Source: an uncultured delta proteobacterium (GTDB taxonomy: Bacteria > Desulfobacterota > Desulfomonilia > UBA1062). From it: DNA of 64,000 bases. The notes below the pieces were generated by a model. The model worked only from the letters and a program-made list of their open reading frames with translations, had not been told where the DNA came from and did not search any database. The position numbers were made by a program, and so were the translations under genes. How positions within the stretch are numbered: the stretch's first letter is position 1; every line of letters starts with the position of its first letter. Where the stretch lies: contig CAVVYZ010000017.1 in the NCBI GenBank assembly GCA_963752595.1, positions 1-64,000 on the forward strand, in the 5' to 3' direction. This document shows, piece after piece, positions 1-10,342 of the stretch.

Positions 1-1355
1 GCATACCGGAAGACAAGCTCGCTTCCGAGCGCAAGCTGTTCACGGAACGGAACAAGAAATCTTCTGCGATTTTCGAGAAGGCCAAGAACCTCATCCCCGG
101 CGGCGTTGAGCACAACCTGAGCCAGAACAAGCCCTTTCCCCTGGCCATGGACCGGGCCAAGGGCTACCGGATCTGGGACGTGGACGGCAACGAGTACATC
201 GATTATCTGCATGTGCGGCGCGCCCATCATCCTGGGCCACGGCTTCGACCCGCTGGATGAGAAGATCATCGAGATCATCCGGGAGAAGGGGCCGGCCACC
301 GGGCTGACCTCGGAATATGAACTGCTGGCCGCCGAGGAGATCATCAAGCACATGCCCGGCGTGGAGATGGTCCGCTTTCTCCAGTCCGGCACCGAGGCGG
401 ACATGGCCGCCATCCGCATCGCCCGGGCCTTCACCGGCAAGCAGAAGATCATCAAGATCGGCGGGAGCTACCACGGCTGGTCCGATCAGATGGTGTACTC
501 CCTGCATATTCCCGGGACCGGGGCTCTCAATCCAAGGGCATCCCGAACGAGATGCTATGCCCACATCGTGGACGTGGCGCCCAACGACTTCGACGCCCTG
601 GAAAAAGCCTTCAAGGACAATCAGGACAAGGGCGGCATCGCCGGCATCCTGGTGGAGCCCGTCGGCGGCGAGTCGGGCGCCCATCCGGTTCATCCGGACT
701 GGAACACGACGATCCGCGAACTGTGCGACCAGTACGGGTCGCTGCTGATCTTCGACGAAGTGGTGACCGGCTTCAGGCTGGACATGGGCGGCGCCCAGAA
801 ATACTTCAACATCATGCCCGACCTGACCGTGCTGGGCAAGATCATCGCCCACGGGTATCCCTCGTCCGGCGCGGTGGCGGGCAGAAAAGACGTGATGAGC
901 GTCTGCACGGGCGGCCTGGGCGAGAAGATCTACATCGGCGGCACCCTGGCGGCCAACCCGATTTCCACGGCGGCCTGCTACCACGCCCTGAAGCTCATGG
1001 AGGAGCACGACGCGGTGGGCAAGGCGACGGCCTATGCCGACAGGCTGACCAAGGCCATGAACGATCTCTTCGCCACGCGGCCCGATCTGGGCTTTTTCGT
1101 CTACAATTTCGGCCCGATCATGCACTACATGACCACCGCCTTCTTCTCCGTGGACCTGACCGCAGCCGGATGCCTTCAGCCAGATCCTCACCCGGAAGCA
1201 GGTAGCGGACGACTACCAGATCGTCACCATGGCCCACGGGCTGTGCACCCTGGCCGGGACCCGCATGTACACCTGCATGCAGCACGACGACGAGGCCCTG
1301 AAGAAGACCCTGGGGGTATGGGAATATCTGCTCTCCTCTGATCCCGAAGGGCTGA
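1..1355 (+). CDS. Class-III PLP aminotransferase (glutamate-1-semialdehyde aminomutase-like), 5' end outside the window, apparent frameshifts
   Basis: Frame 3 from base 3 reads ...IPGGVEHNLS...AKGYRIWDVDGNEYIDYL. It shifts at ~210 into ORF 211..1341 (SGTEA, LIFDEVVTGFR, PDLTVLGK). The C-terminus ...LAGTRMYTCMQHDDEAL...LIPKG* is recovered by further shifts at ~1162 and ~1338. Confidence 0.85.
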
Positions 1356-1388
1356 ACATTAGATGACTTACGGAAGGAGCATAACACC

Positions 1389-2722
1389 ATGAAAGACGAG
1401 GAACGACCAAAGTCAGATGGATGCCTTTGCCGACAAACCCATCGCCCTGCCCGAAGGCATCGATATGGAAAACCACGTCATCGCCACCTACTGGATCGAG
1501 GCCGACAGAACCATGGACATGGCGCTGATGGGCCAGATCCTGGCCATCGAGCAGACCACCGGCACCTGGGTGCCGGTGCCCGGCGAAACGCCGGAGGTCC
1601 GCGCCAAGCACGTGGCCAAGGTGATCGGCGTCTACGAGGCCCCGTACTACGAGTACGGCCGTGCCCGAGGATGTCGAGCACCGGCAGTATATCATGCAGA
1701 TCGCCTTCCCCTCCGCCAATGTCGAAGACCAGCTCCCCATGATGCTCACGGCGACCATCGGCAACATCTCCATGGTGCCCAATTTCAAGCTCCTGGACTT
1801 GCGGATTCCCAAGGCCACGCTGGACCAGTACAACGGCCCGAAATTCGGCATCGACGGCTGGTGGAAGGCGCTGGGCATTGAAGAAGGGCCGGCCGCTGCT
1901 CAACAACATGATCAAGCCGTGCAGCGGCTACCCCCTGGAAGTGGGCGCCAAGCTCTTCAGGGACGCGGCCCTGGGCGGCTGCGACGTGATCAAGGACGAC
2001 GAACTGATCGCCAACATGCGCTACAACGACGCGGTGGAGCGGGTCAAGACCTACATGGCGATCGAGAAGCAGGTGTATGAAGAGACCGGCGAGCACACGC
2101 TCTACACCGTCAACGTCACCGACCGTCTGCCGCGCATGTTCGACCTGGCGAAGCGCTGCATCGATGCCGGGGCCAACGCCATGATGGTGAACTATCTGGC
2201 CGTGGGTCCCGAGGCCATGCGCGCCCTGGCCGAGGACCCGGCCATCAACGTGCCCATCCTGGCCCACATGGACCTGGCCGGCGCGTACTTCATGTCGCCC
2301 TACCAGGGCATCTCTTCGCCCATCATTTTCGGCAAGTTCTCCCGGCTGTGCGGCGCGGACGCCATCGTGCTGCCCTTCTCCATGGGCGGCAAGGGCATCT
2401 ACATGCACGACCGCTTCATGGCCACCTGCCGCAACCTGACCTATCCCTTCGGCAACCTGAAGCCCACCATGCCCATGCCCTCCGGCGGCATCACGCCGGC
2501 CAACGTGCCCGATATCGTCGACGCCTGGGCAAGGACATCATGATCGGCTCGGGCGGCGGCATCCATGCCCATCCCAAGGGCCCGACAGCCGGCGCACGCG
2601 CCTTCCGCCAGGCCATCGACGCCGCGATCAAAGGCATCCCGCTGGAAGAGTATGCCCAGGAGCACGAAGAACTCGGCGTTGCCTTGGGCATCTGGAAGAA
2701 AAAGACCGAGTTCAAGATATAA
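1389..2722 (+). CDS. RuBisCO-like protein (form IV RLP), split by apparent frameshifts
   Basis: Fragments 1417.., 1661.., 1878.. and 2348.. join into one RbcL-fold protein: EQTTGTW, GPKFG, MIKPCSG, GGCDVIKDDE, PSGG, GSGGGIHAHPKGPTAGARAFRQA. AAGGAG RBS precedes ATG 1389. Confidence 0.9.
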
Positions 2723-2748
2723 GATCAGATACATCGACTGTTGTTTGA

Positions 2749-2780
2749 CCCGGGCAGGTCCTTCTCCCGGCCTGCCCGGG
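2749..2780 (+). terminator. GC-rich hairpin after the RLP gene, probable terminator
   Basis: CCCGGGCAGG (2749-2758) / CCTGCCCGGG (2771-2780) perfect 10-bp stem; weak U-tract. Confidence 0.5.
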
Positions 2781-2832
2781 CTTCTCGATCCTGTCTTTTT
2801 AAACGGATAGGGAACGGAGGGCAGGACAGATC

Positions 2833-3903
2833 TTGGATTACTACCTGCATGACGACCCGCAGATGCCCGAGGCTTGGGGACCCTGGTTTTCACATGAATA
2901 CATCACGTATTTCTCGGTCAAGGCCCTGGAGGATATCCTGGGGCTCCCACCGGTGCCGGCGAGGCCGAACCCCTCCCTTTACGACCCACGCTGGCCCGTC
3001 GGGCCTCATCATGTCGATGTTTATAAGGAGTCGTTCAGGGATGTTCGGAGGCTGGATCCGGTTTTTTCCTTCGACTACGAACGAAAGAACGGCGAATACG
3101 CATGTGAACCTCCCCTGGACAGGGAAATCGAGCCCTGGAAGGTGCTGGTCATCTACAGCACCGAGCCGGACCTCCACCCGGACTGCGGCCTGGACCTCCA
3201 CAAACGGCAGAAGATCACCGGGGGGTCACACGGCTGGAGGCATATGCAGTTCCGGTTACCGGGCATACTGTTCGGGACAGCGCCCTACTCGTTCCGGTAT
3301 CACCGGGATGCCGCGGAAAGGGCTTTTCAGACCGGCAATGATTACTGGGGCTGGCGCTTCCTTTCCCGCTGCACACACTATCTCGCCGATCTGGGAAATC
3401 CTTTCCATGTCAGGGCTGCACCGGCATTCATGCTGGTCAGGAACATTTTCTCGTTCCACAAGCTATTCAAAGTAATATCCGCAGTTCATACCGGTTACGA
3501 GCTCTATGTCGAACGCCGGTTTCGCGAAGGGCTCCCGGCCTTTAAGGAGGCACTTATGCAGGGCGCCTTTGAAGGCCGGGAGTCCTGCCGGGATATCGAC
3601 TCTGAGCTGAACGGGTATATTCGTACGGCAGAGAAACGCCTGAACCCTGTCTTTCATTTCATGCTTGAAAACTTTGGAACAGATCTCGTGGATGTGTACA
3701 GCCGGGTGGACCGCAACAGCAGAACCGATGCGGCAACACAGACCAAGCAGTGCTCTGCAGAAGCTGCCCGCATTCTTTTCCGGGAACCCCGCCCAGCGTC
3801 GCTGCATCATCTGGACGACATGACATCCGTTATTCTCAGGGATGTAGGAAGGGTGCTGGGCCTGCTCCTGGCAGGGTTCAGCCATGACGGCAGGACCTCA
3901 TGA
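2833..3903 (+). CDS. Zinc-dependent phospholipase C / S1-P1 nuclease fold protein
   Basis: W..H near the N-terminus, EPD, HYLADLGNPFH and H..YE match the tri-zinc ligand pattern. Start codon uncertain. Confidence 0.65.
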   Translation: MDYYLHDDPQMPEAWGPWFSHEYITYFSVKALEDILGLPPVPARPNPSLYDPRWPVGPHHVDVYKESFRDVRRLDPVFSFDYERKNGEYACEPPLDREIEPWKVLVIYSTEPDLHPDCGLDLHKRQKITGGSHGWRHMQFRLPGILFGTAPYSFRYHRDAAERAFQTGNDYWGWRFLSRCTHYLADLGNPFHVRAAPAFMLVRNIFSFHKLFKVISAVHTGYELYVERRFREGLPAFKEALMQGAFEGRESCRDIDSELNGYIRTAEKRLNPVFHFMLENFGTDLVDVYSRVDRNSRTDAATQTKQCSAEAARILFREPRPASLHHLDDMTSVILRDVGRVLGLLLAGFSHDGRTS

Positions 3904-4042
3904 ATACCACCTTGCAGGAGGAGAACCTCCCGCAAGGCATAGAACATCGGAATCAATGAACGACCTGCAGCAACCTGCGAGGAATCAACCCGGCAGAGAA
4001 TAAGGTTTTGGATGTAACCGTGCCCGCTTTCTGCCTTGGTGA

Positions 4043-5349
4043 TCAATAGATGAAATCGATGCCGACCGCAACGATGTTCGTGCTGTTCTTTGTATCCACT
4101 TCGCCTATCGGGGTATCAAAAGTTTCGTCATCCCAGAAGGTATGACTGTAGCTCACGTTCGCTTTGAGGTTTTCGGTTATGTTAAATCCGATTCCGGTGG
4201 ATACATTCAGGTTGTCGGAGTACAGCGTCTCGATTGCGCCGGTTGCATTGACGAAATACCCGTCCATGTCATGCCATGCATGCTTCGTGTACAGGAACCC
4301 GCCGCTCACCTCGAGTTTGGGCATCGCCTGGAAAGCCAGCGCAGCGCCGATGCTCCAGACATCACCTGCCATACCCGATATGGACTCTCCGGTATCCGAA
4401 TTTCCCCAGTCGGCATGCTCCTGGAAGAAGTAGTTGAGGTCCAGTTCCCCTCTGAGCTTTTCCGTGAGCTTATACGATGCACCCAGTCCGACCATGGCGG
4501 GAAAGTCTCTGCGGCTCCTCTCTCCGTCTGCGAACAGGCCCAGGTTGTCGTTCTCACTCACATCGGATTCAAAATTCAGGCGAACCTCTGTTTCGAACCG
4601 GAAGGCGATGTTCAGCTTATCCATCGGAACGATCTGGATGCCGAAGATGCCCCCCACCCGCCGGCTGACTGCTTCAGATCAACAACCAGGGGCACATCAG
4701 GCGTCAACGGCCCTGCCAGACCGCCGGTTACGGTAAGATCTCCGTCGATTTTATTATCCGCCTTGATATACCGGAGGCCTGCCGCTATCGAGACCTGGTC
4801 TGACAGCTTGTAGGCACCGCCGAGAGTCCCGGTAAGATAGCGGGAGCTGACTTCGATACTTTCATTCGAGATAGCGCTATACGCCCCGAAGAAAGGGCTT
4901 AAGGGGTTGAACAACAGGTCTGCACCGATTGCCCGGGTGGTGTATGAACCGTCGGGGTAATCGATGGTTACCCCGGCGCCCGGGATATAGATACCCGTAA
5001 AGGCAGACCAGGCGCCCTTCTTGTACGATGCGTACAGGTTCGGAATGAATAAGTCAGGGCCGTCCTGCTCGAAGCTTAAGCCCCCGCCGGAAATGGGATC
5101 GTCGAATGAGTGTTTGGGTTTGCGGAACATGAACTGGTTCGAGACGTTGAGATGGAACCCGTCTGAAAGAGAAACCAGCCCTGCGGGATTGTACACGACG
5201 ATATCGGCAGCATCGGTTGCAGCATTGCGGTTGGACATGCGCACCCACTCGGCGCTCATGTTGGTGAGATTGTCGATCTGCGCATATGCTTTTGCAGATA
5301 CTATCATACAAAACAGCCCCACAGCGATTGAGAAATATTTCATAGGCAT
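4043..5349 (-). CDS. FadL/OmpP1 family outer-membrane long-chain fatty acid transporter (frameshift ~4660-4680)
   Basis: Signal peptide, RNAATDAADIVVYNPAG motif, beta-barrel strands and terminal aromatic (DFIY). Split into ORFs 4612..5349 and 4043..4657. Confidence 0.8.
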
Positions 5350-5627
5350 TCTTCAAGATCCCCCTCTTAAAAAGGATTTGACCTTATTTCAAAGAAAAAC
5401 CCTGCATCTCGAAGCGGAACAGGTCATGAAGAGAGAATCACAATGAGGGAAAAAATGATATGACCGTTCCTGCCAAAGATAATACAAATCGGGCCAAAAT
5501 GAACACCATTACTTTCATGAATATGCAGGGCTTTACTATTTGACAATTGAATTCCCGGTTCGAGTTCTTATATTGAACATATCTTTAATTTTGCACAAAA
5601 ATTTTAAAAAAATGAGGAGGATTTTCC

Positions 5628-5843
5628 ATGGCAGACAAGGTCATCATCTATGGGAAGGCCGGCTGACCCTACACCGATCAGGCCAGGTCGGCCTATGGTG
5701 AAAAAGCTCTCTATTATGACGTGAAAAAGGACCAGGGCAGACTCGATGAGATGCTTGCCCATTCGGGCGGGCAGCGGCACGTACCCGTCATCGTGGAAGG
5801 CGGCAAGGTTACAGTGGGTTACGGCGGGTCCTGAGGGGTATAG
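5628..5843 (+). CDS. Glutaredoxin-like selenoprotein with two Sec (U13, U69), UXX-star type, copy 1
   Basis: GAGGAGG RBS, ATG 5628. Reading UGA as Sec gives MADKVIIYGKAGUPYTDQARSAYGEKALYYDVKKDQGRLDEMLAHSGGQRHVPVIVEGGKVTVGYGGSUGV*. It has the Grx-like UPYT, cis-Pro VP and IG/VG motifs, with a hairpin after each UGA. Confidence 0.9.
5680..5694 (+). promoter_or_regulatory. SECIS-like hairpin for UGA 5664 (copy 1)
   Basis: AGGCC-AGGTC-GGCCT, extendable by CACC/GGTG. The loop starts 18 nt after the UGA and resembles the E. coli fdhF SECIS apex (AGGUCU). Confidence 0.8.
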
Positions 5844-5846
5844 CGC

Positions 5847-5862
5847 GCCCATGGTCATGGGC
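5847..5862 (+). promoter_or_regulatory. SECIS-like hairpin in the 3' UTR for UGA 5832 (copy 1)
   Basis: GCCCAT-GGTC-ATGGGC; loop starts 18 nt after the UGA. Confidence 0.75.
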
Positions 5863-5888
5863 AGATAAAGGAACGAATCCACGATTAC

Positions 5889-5918
5889 TTCGCTCCCGGG
5901 CTCCGGCCCGGGAGCGAA
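5889..5918. terminator. Strong hairpin between the two selenoprotein genes
   Basis: TTCGCTCCCGGGC-TCCG-GCCCGGGAGCGAA, perfect 13-bp stem, no U-tract. Confidence 0.55.
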
Positions 5919-5974
5919 TCAGATGCCGTCAGTCTCCCTCCCTTCCCCCGATCTCTCGATTGCAGACCCGGTAC

Positions 5975-6002
5975 TTGATCCGGTGATCTCGTGTCATACA
6001 AT
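5975..6002 (+). promoter_or_regulatory. Putative sigma70 promoter for selenoprotein copy 2
   Basis: TTGATC-N16-TACAAT. Copy 1 has a comparable TTGAAT-N16-TATATT at 5547-5574. Confidence 0.4.
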
Positions 6003-6047
6003 AATTACTCATGAAGAATGCAATCTGATGAAGGGAGAAAATCCGCC

Positions 6048-6263
6048 ATGGCGAATAAAATAATCTTTTACGGAAAACCGAGTTGACCGTATTCAGACCA
6101 GGCCAGGTCGGCCTATCAGGACAGAGCCGAATATATCGATGTAAAATGGGATGATGAGAAGCTCGATGAAATGCTCCCCTACTCAAAAGGTGTCAGGCAG
6201 GTGCCGGTTATCGTAGAGGGGGAGAAGGTCAAGATCGGGTACGGCGGCACCTGAGGGATCTGA
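6048..6263 (+). CDS. Glutaredoxin-like selenoprotein with two Sec (U13, U69), UXX-star type, copy 2
   Basis: AGGGAG RBS, ATG 6048. Reads MANKIIFYGKPSUPYSDQARSAYQDRAEYIDVKWDDEKLDEMLPYSKGVRQVPVIVEGEKVKIGYGGTUGI*. Ungapped alignment to copy 1 gives 46/71 identities with both UGAs at the same codons. Confidence 0.9.
6100..6114 (+). promoter_or_regulatory. SECIS-like hairpin for UGA 6084 (copy 2)
   Basis: AGGCC-AGGTC-GGCCT, identical to copy 1; loop 18 nt after the UGA. Confidence 0.8.
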
Positions 6264-6264
6264 T

Positions 6265-6283
6265 GGCTCATCGGGTATGAGCC
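6265..6283 (+). promoter_or_regulatory. SECIS-like hairpin in the 3' UTR for UGA 6252 (copy 2)
   Basis: GGCTCAT-CGGGT-ATGAGCC; loop 17 nt after the UGA. Confidence 0.75.
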
Positions 6284-6310
6284 GGCATGTTGAGGGTTGG
6301 CAAAGAATCC

Positions 6311-7393
6311 TTATTCAAAAAAATCAGGCACGAAAAGTTCATTGAAAACCCGTAAAAAGGTCGTGTCTGTGAGGCTCGCGATGAAATCCCTCACCAGCTC
6401 GCCCGGGAGGTGTCTTTCCCGGTAGCACGCATCGAGCCTCCCCAGGAACCTCGCAGAGATGACCGAGTCCGTCCTTTTCTCCACGACATCCTCCAGGAGC
6501 CGCTGGAATATGAGATTGTACATGGTCCTGATCTTCGATGACTCGGTTTTTACCTTGGGATTGAGATAGATGTTCTCGTAGTTGAATCGTCTTAAGCTCT
6601 CCAGGGCTCTGAACACCTTTGACGAGTAGGCGATCCTTCCTTCCGTGGAATGTTTGAGCAGGTCCTCCACTAGGGCATAGACAATCTTTCCGTTCGTGTC
6701 TCCGAGCAGCCCGGAGGCCTCTTTGGGTATGTGGCTGCGTGCGATGATTCCCAGCGATATGGCGTCCTCGATATCGCGTCCTATGTAGCTTACGGTATCC
6801 ACGATCCGGACCAGACACCCCTCCATGGTCATGGGAGGCGGCATTTTGCCCTGCCCGGCAATCTCGATCTTTGCATCAAGGTCGGCGAAGGTGTGTGCAG
6901 GCTCCGGCTGTATGCACTGCTCGGAATTTTCACCGTTGTGGCACAGGATGCCGTCCAGAACCTGCAGAGTGAGATTCAGCCCCTTGCCGCATTTCTCGAT
7001 CCGCTCCAGGGACTGGATAGCCTGGACATTATGCCGGAACGGCCCGATGCCTGCCAGAATGCACAGCTCGTCGAGGTATCGCTCGCCGTCGTGGCCGAAC
7101 GGCGGGTGCCCGATGTCATGCCCGATGGCAATGGCCTCGATGAGGTCGTCATTCAGGCCCAGCCTGCGGCCGATGGTGCGGGCGATCCTGGAGAGAAGCT
7201 GTACGTGGATTACCCGGTGGGAGATGCCCTGGTGCCCGACGAGATAGAAGACCTGCGTCTTGTCGATGTACGAGGTGTAGGCCTGGGAATGGAGGATCCT
7301 GTCCACGTCGATGGAGAAGGCGTCCCTCATGTCCCACTTGCCGGATTTTTCTGCTCTTCTTCTTAAGGCTTTGGTAGGATGAGTACCGTTCAT
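6311..7393 (-). CDS. HD-domain deoxyguanosinetriphosphate triphosphohydrolase family protein
   Basis: DRILHS...DKTQVF, HR..HV, GHDIGHPPFGHDGE, D.VSY..RDIEDA, RDFIASLTD. Confidence 0.85.
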   Translation of the reverse strand: MNGTHPTKALRRRAEKSGKWDMRDAFSIDVDRILHSQAYTSYIDKTQVFYLVGHQGISHRVIHVQLLSRIARTIGRRLGLNDDLIEAIAIGHDIGHPPFGHDGERYLDELCILAGIGPFRHNVQAIQSLERIEKCGKGLNLTLQVLDGILCHNGENSEQCIQPEPAHTFADLDAKIEIAGQGKMPPPMTMEGCLVRIVDTVSYIGRDIEDAISLGIIARSHIPKEASGLLGDTNGKIVYALVEDLLKHSTEGRIAYSSKVFRALESLRRFNYENIYLNPKVKTESSKIRTMYNLIFQRLLEDVVEKRTDSVISARFLGRLDACYRERHLPGELVRDFIASLTDTTFLRVFNELFVPDFFE

Positions 7394-7396
7394 TCC

Positions 7397-9467
7397 TTAT
7401 GTCGATATCTTCGAGAACTGTGCAACCCTGTCGAAGAGCCCCACGAGATTCTTGAGCAGTGCGATGCGGTTGCTGCGCACCTGTGCATCATCGCTCATGA
7501 CGAGCACCTTGTCGAAGAAATTATCGATGGGCTCTTTCAGGCCTGCAAGGAGCTTTAAAGCGCTTGCATACTCGCCTTTGACGGAGTGCGCGATAAAGGG
7601 ATCTTCCATTTCCTTGAAGCGGCTGTACAGGGTCTTCTCCTCGTCCTGCGCAAAAAGGCTTTCCTTTATATTTCCTGCGGCCTCGACCTTCTTGAGGATG
7701 TTCTCGACACGCTTCGAAGCTGCACAGATGGAGCCGAACCATGGCTCGGGCTTCACGCTCATGATGGCGCTTGCCCGCATGAAGGTATCCAGCGGGTCGT
7801 CGAAATCCCTGGCCACAGCCTCGATGACATCCCCGGAGATCCCTTTGCCCTGGAGGATCGAGACGAACCTCGACCTGAAGAAGGAGAGCACTTCATCCCG
7901 CACCTCTGCACCGTCGCGTTTGAGCTTGGGCGCGAGATGGAGCAACGCCTGCTTGATGAGGTCGGATATGGATATCCGGTAGCCTTTTGCCAGGATGATG
8001 TTCTCGATGGCAATGGTCTGCCGCCTCAGGGCGAACGGATCGGAGGTGCCGGTGGGGATCAACCCCACGCCGAAACAGCCGCAGATGGTATCGATGCGGT
8101 CGGCAATACCTACGATATCACCGATAATGCCCTTGGGGAGCTCGCCTTCGGCCGAGGTCGGGAGGTAGTGCTCGCGGATGGCCTGGGCCACCTCGGGGTT
8201 AACGCCCTGGCGCAGGGCATATTCCCTTCCCATGATCCCCTGGAGTTCGGGGAACTCGCAGACCATGAGGCTGTTCAGATCCGCCTTGCAAAGGTATGCC
8301 GCCTCACTCACCTGATCTTTTTTCGCAGGCGCAAGGATACCGGCGAGGTACAGGGCTACCTTTCTGAAGCGCTCCATCTTTTCATACGAAGTCCCCATGT
8401 CCTTGTGAAAGATGACGTCGTTGAGCTTCTCGGCGTATTCCTTCAACGGGATATTCAGGTCTTCCGTAAAGAAGTACTTGCCGTCATCGAGGCGGGCCTT
8501 AAGCACCCGCTCGTTGCCTGCTCGCACCACGGCGTCGTTCTTCGGGACGATGTTGCTCACTGCCACGAAATACGGCCTCAAGCCGGTTGCGTCATCGAGA
8601 GAGTACATGGGGAAGTACCGCTGGTGATGTATCATGACGGTCACGAGGACCTCGGGCGGCAGATCGAGGAAGGCATCGTCAAAGCGGCCGATGATGATGT
8701 GCGGATACTCGAGCAGGTTGACCACCTCGTCGAGGAGTTCCTTGTCCTTCACCGAAGCTTTGAGGTTCTTTGCATTCAGCATCACCCCGTCCCAGATCGA
8801 TGGCCTTTCGCTTTTCGATATCCGGGATCACGTAGTTCGATGCGAGGAGATCTTCATATGCCTCCACGCTCGTTATCTCGATGGCCTTAGGAGCCATGAA
8901 CCGGTTCCCGTAGGTCTTCGATCCTGCCGTTATATTCCCGAACCTCACCGGCAGTATCTCGCCTCCGTAGAGCGCTGAGATCCAGTGAACCGGCCGGGCA
9001 AAGCGCACATCCGGGTTCGCCCACCGCATGGTCTTCGGGAAAGGGATCTGCGGGATCATGTCCTCGAGAATCCCGGGCAGGAACTCCGTGGTCGGCTTCC
9101 CCGGGATGGTCCTAGTGACGGAGAGGTACTCCCCCTTGGGGGTATTTGCGATAGAGACTTCACCGATATCCACGCCTGCAGAGCGGGCAAAGCCGAGCGC
9201 TGCCTTGGTTGGATTGCCGTCCTTGTCAAAGGCCGCCTGTTTTGCAGGGCCCATTCTCGTCTCAACCGTATCCGGCAGTGTCTCGGCCAGGCCTTTGACG
9301 CTTAAACCAAGCCTTCTGGGTGTTCCGAATACTTTGATGGGCTCATGGCCGAGCTTTGCCTCTGCGAACTTTTTCGCAACATAGGTGCGCATGAACGAAA
9401 GCGCGGGTACGATGAAACCTGAAGGTATCTCCTCGGAGCCGATCTCAAAGAGCAGCGACTTAGCCAT
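7397..9467 (-). CDS. glyS: Glycine--tRNA ligase beta subunit (apparent frameshift ~8800)
   Basis: LLFEIGSEEIP, TPRRL, FPKTMRW, HHQRYF, EFPELQG, PTGTSDPFALRR. Two ORFs join near 8800. Confidence 0.95.
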
Positions 9468-9468
9468 A

Positions 9469-10329
<861 letters not shown>

Positions 10330-10342
10330 ACCTCCCCCTCTA

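Noticed and set aside
5604-6186. Minus-strand ORFs 5604..5882 and 5929..6186 in the ORF track
   Set aside because: They are shadows of the plus-strand selenoprotein genes, which have RBSs, a recognisable fold and SECIS-like hairpins.
8780-8810. glyS split as programmed frameshift or pseudogene
   Set aside because: Essential gene, no slippery motif, and similar indels recur across the window; sequencing error is more likely.
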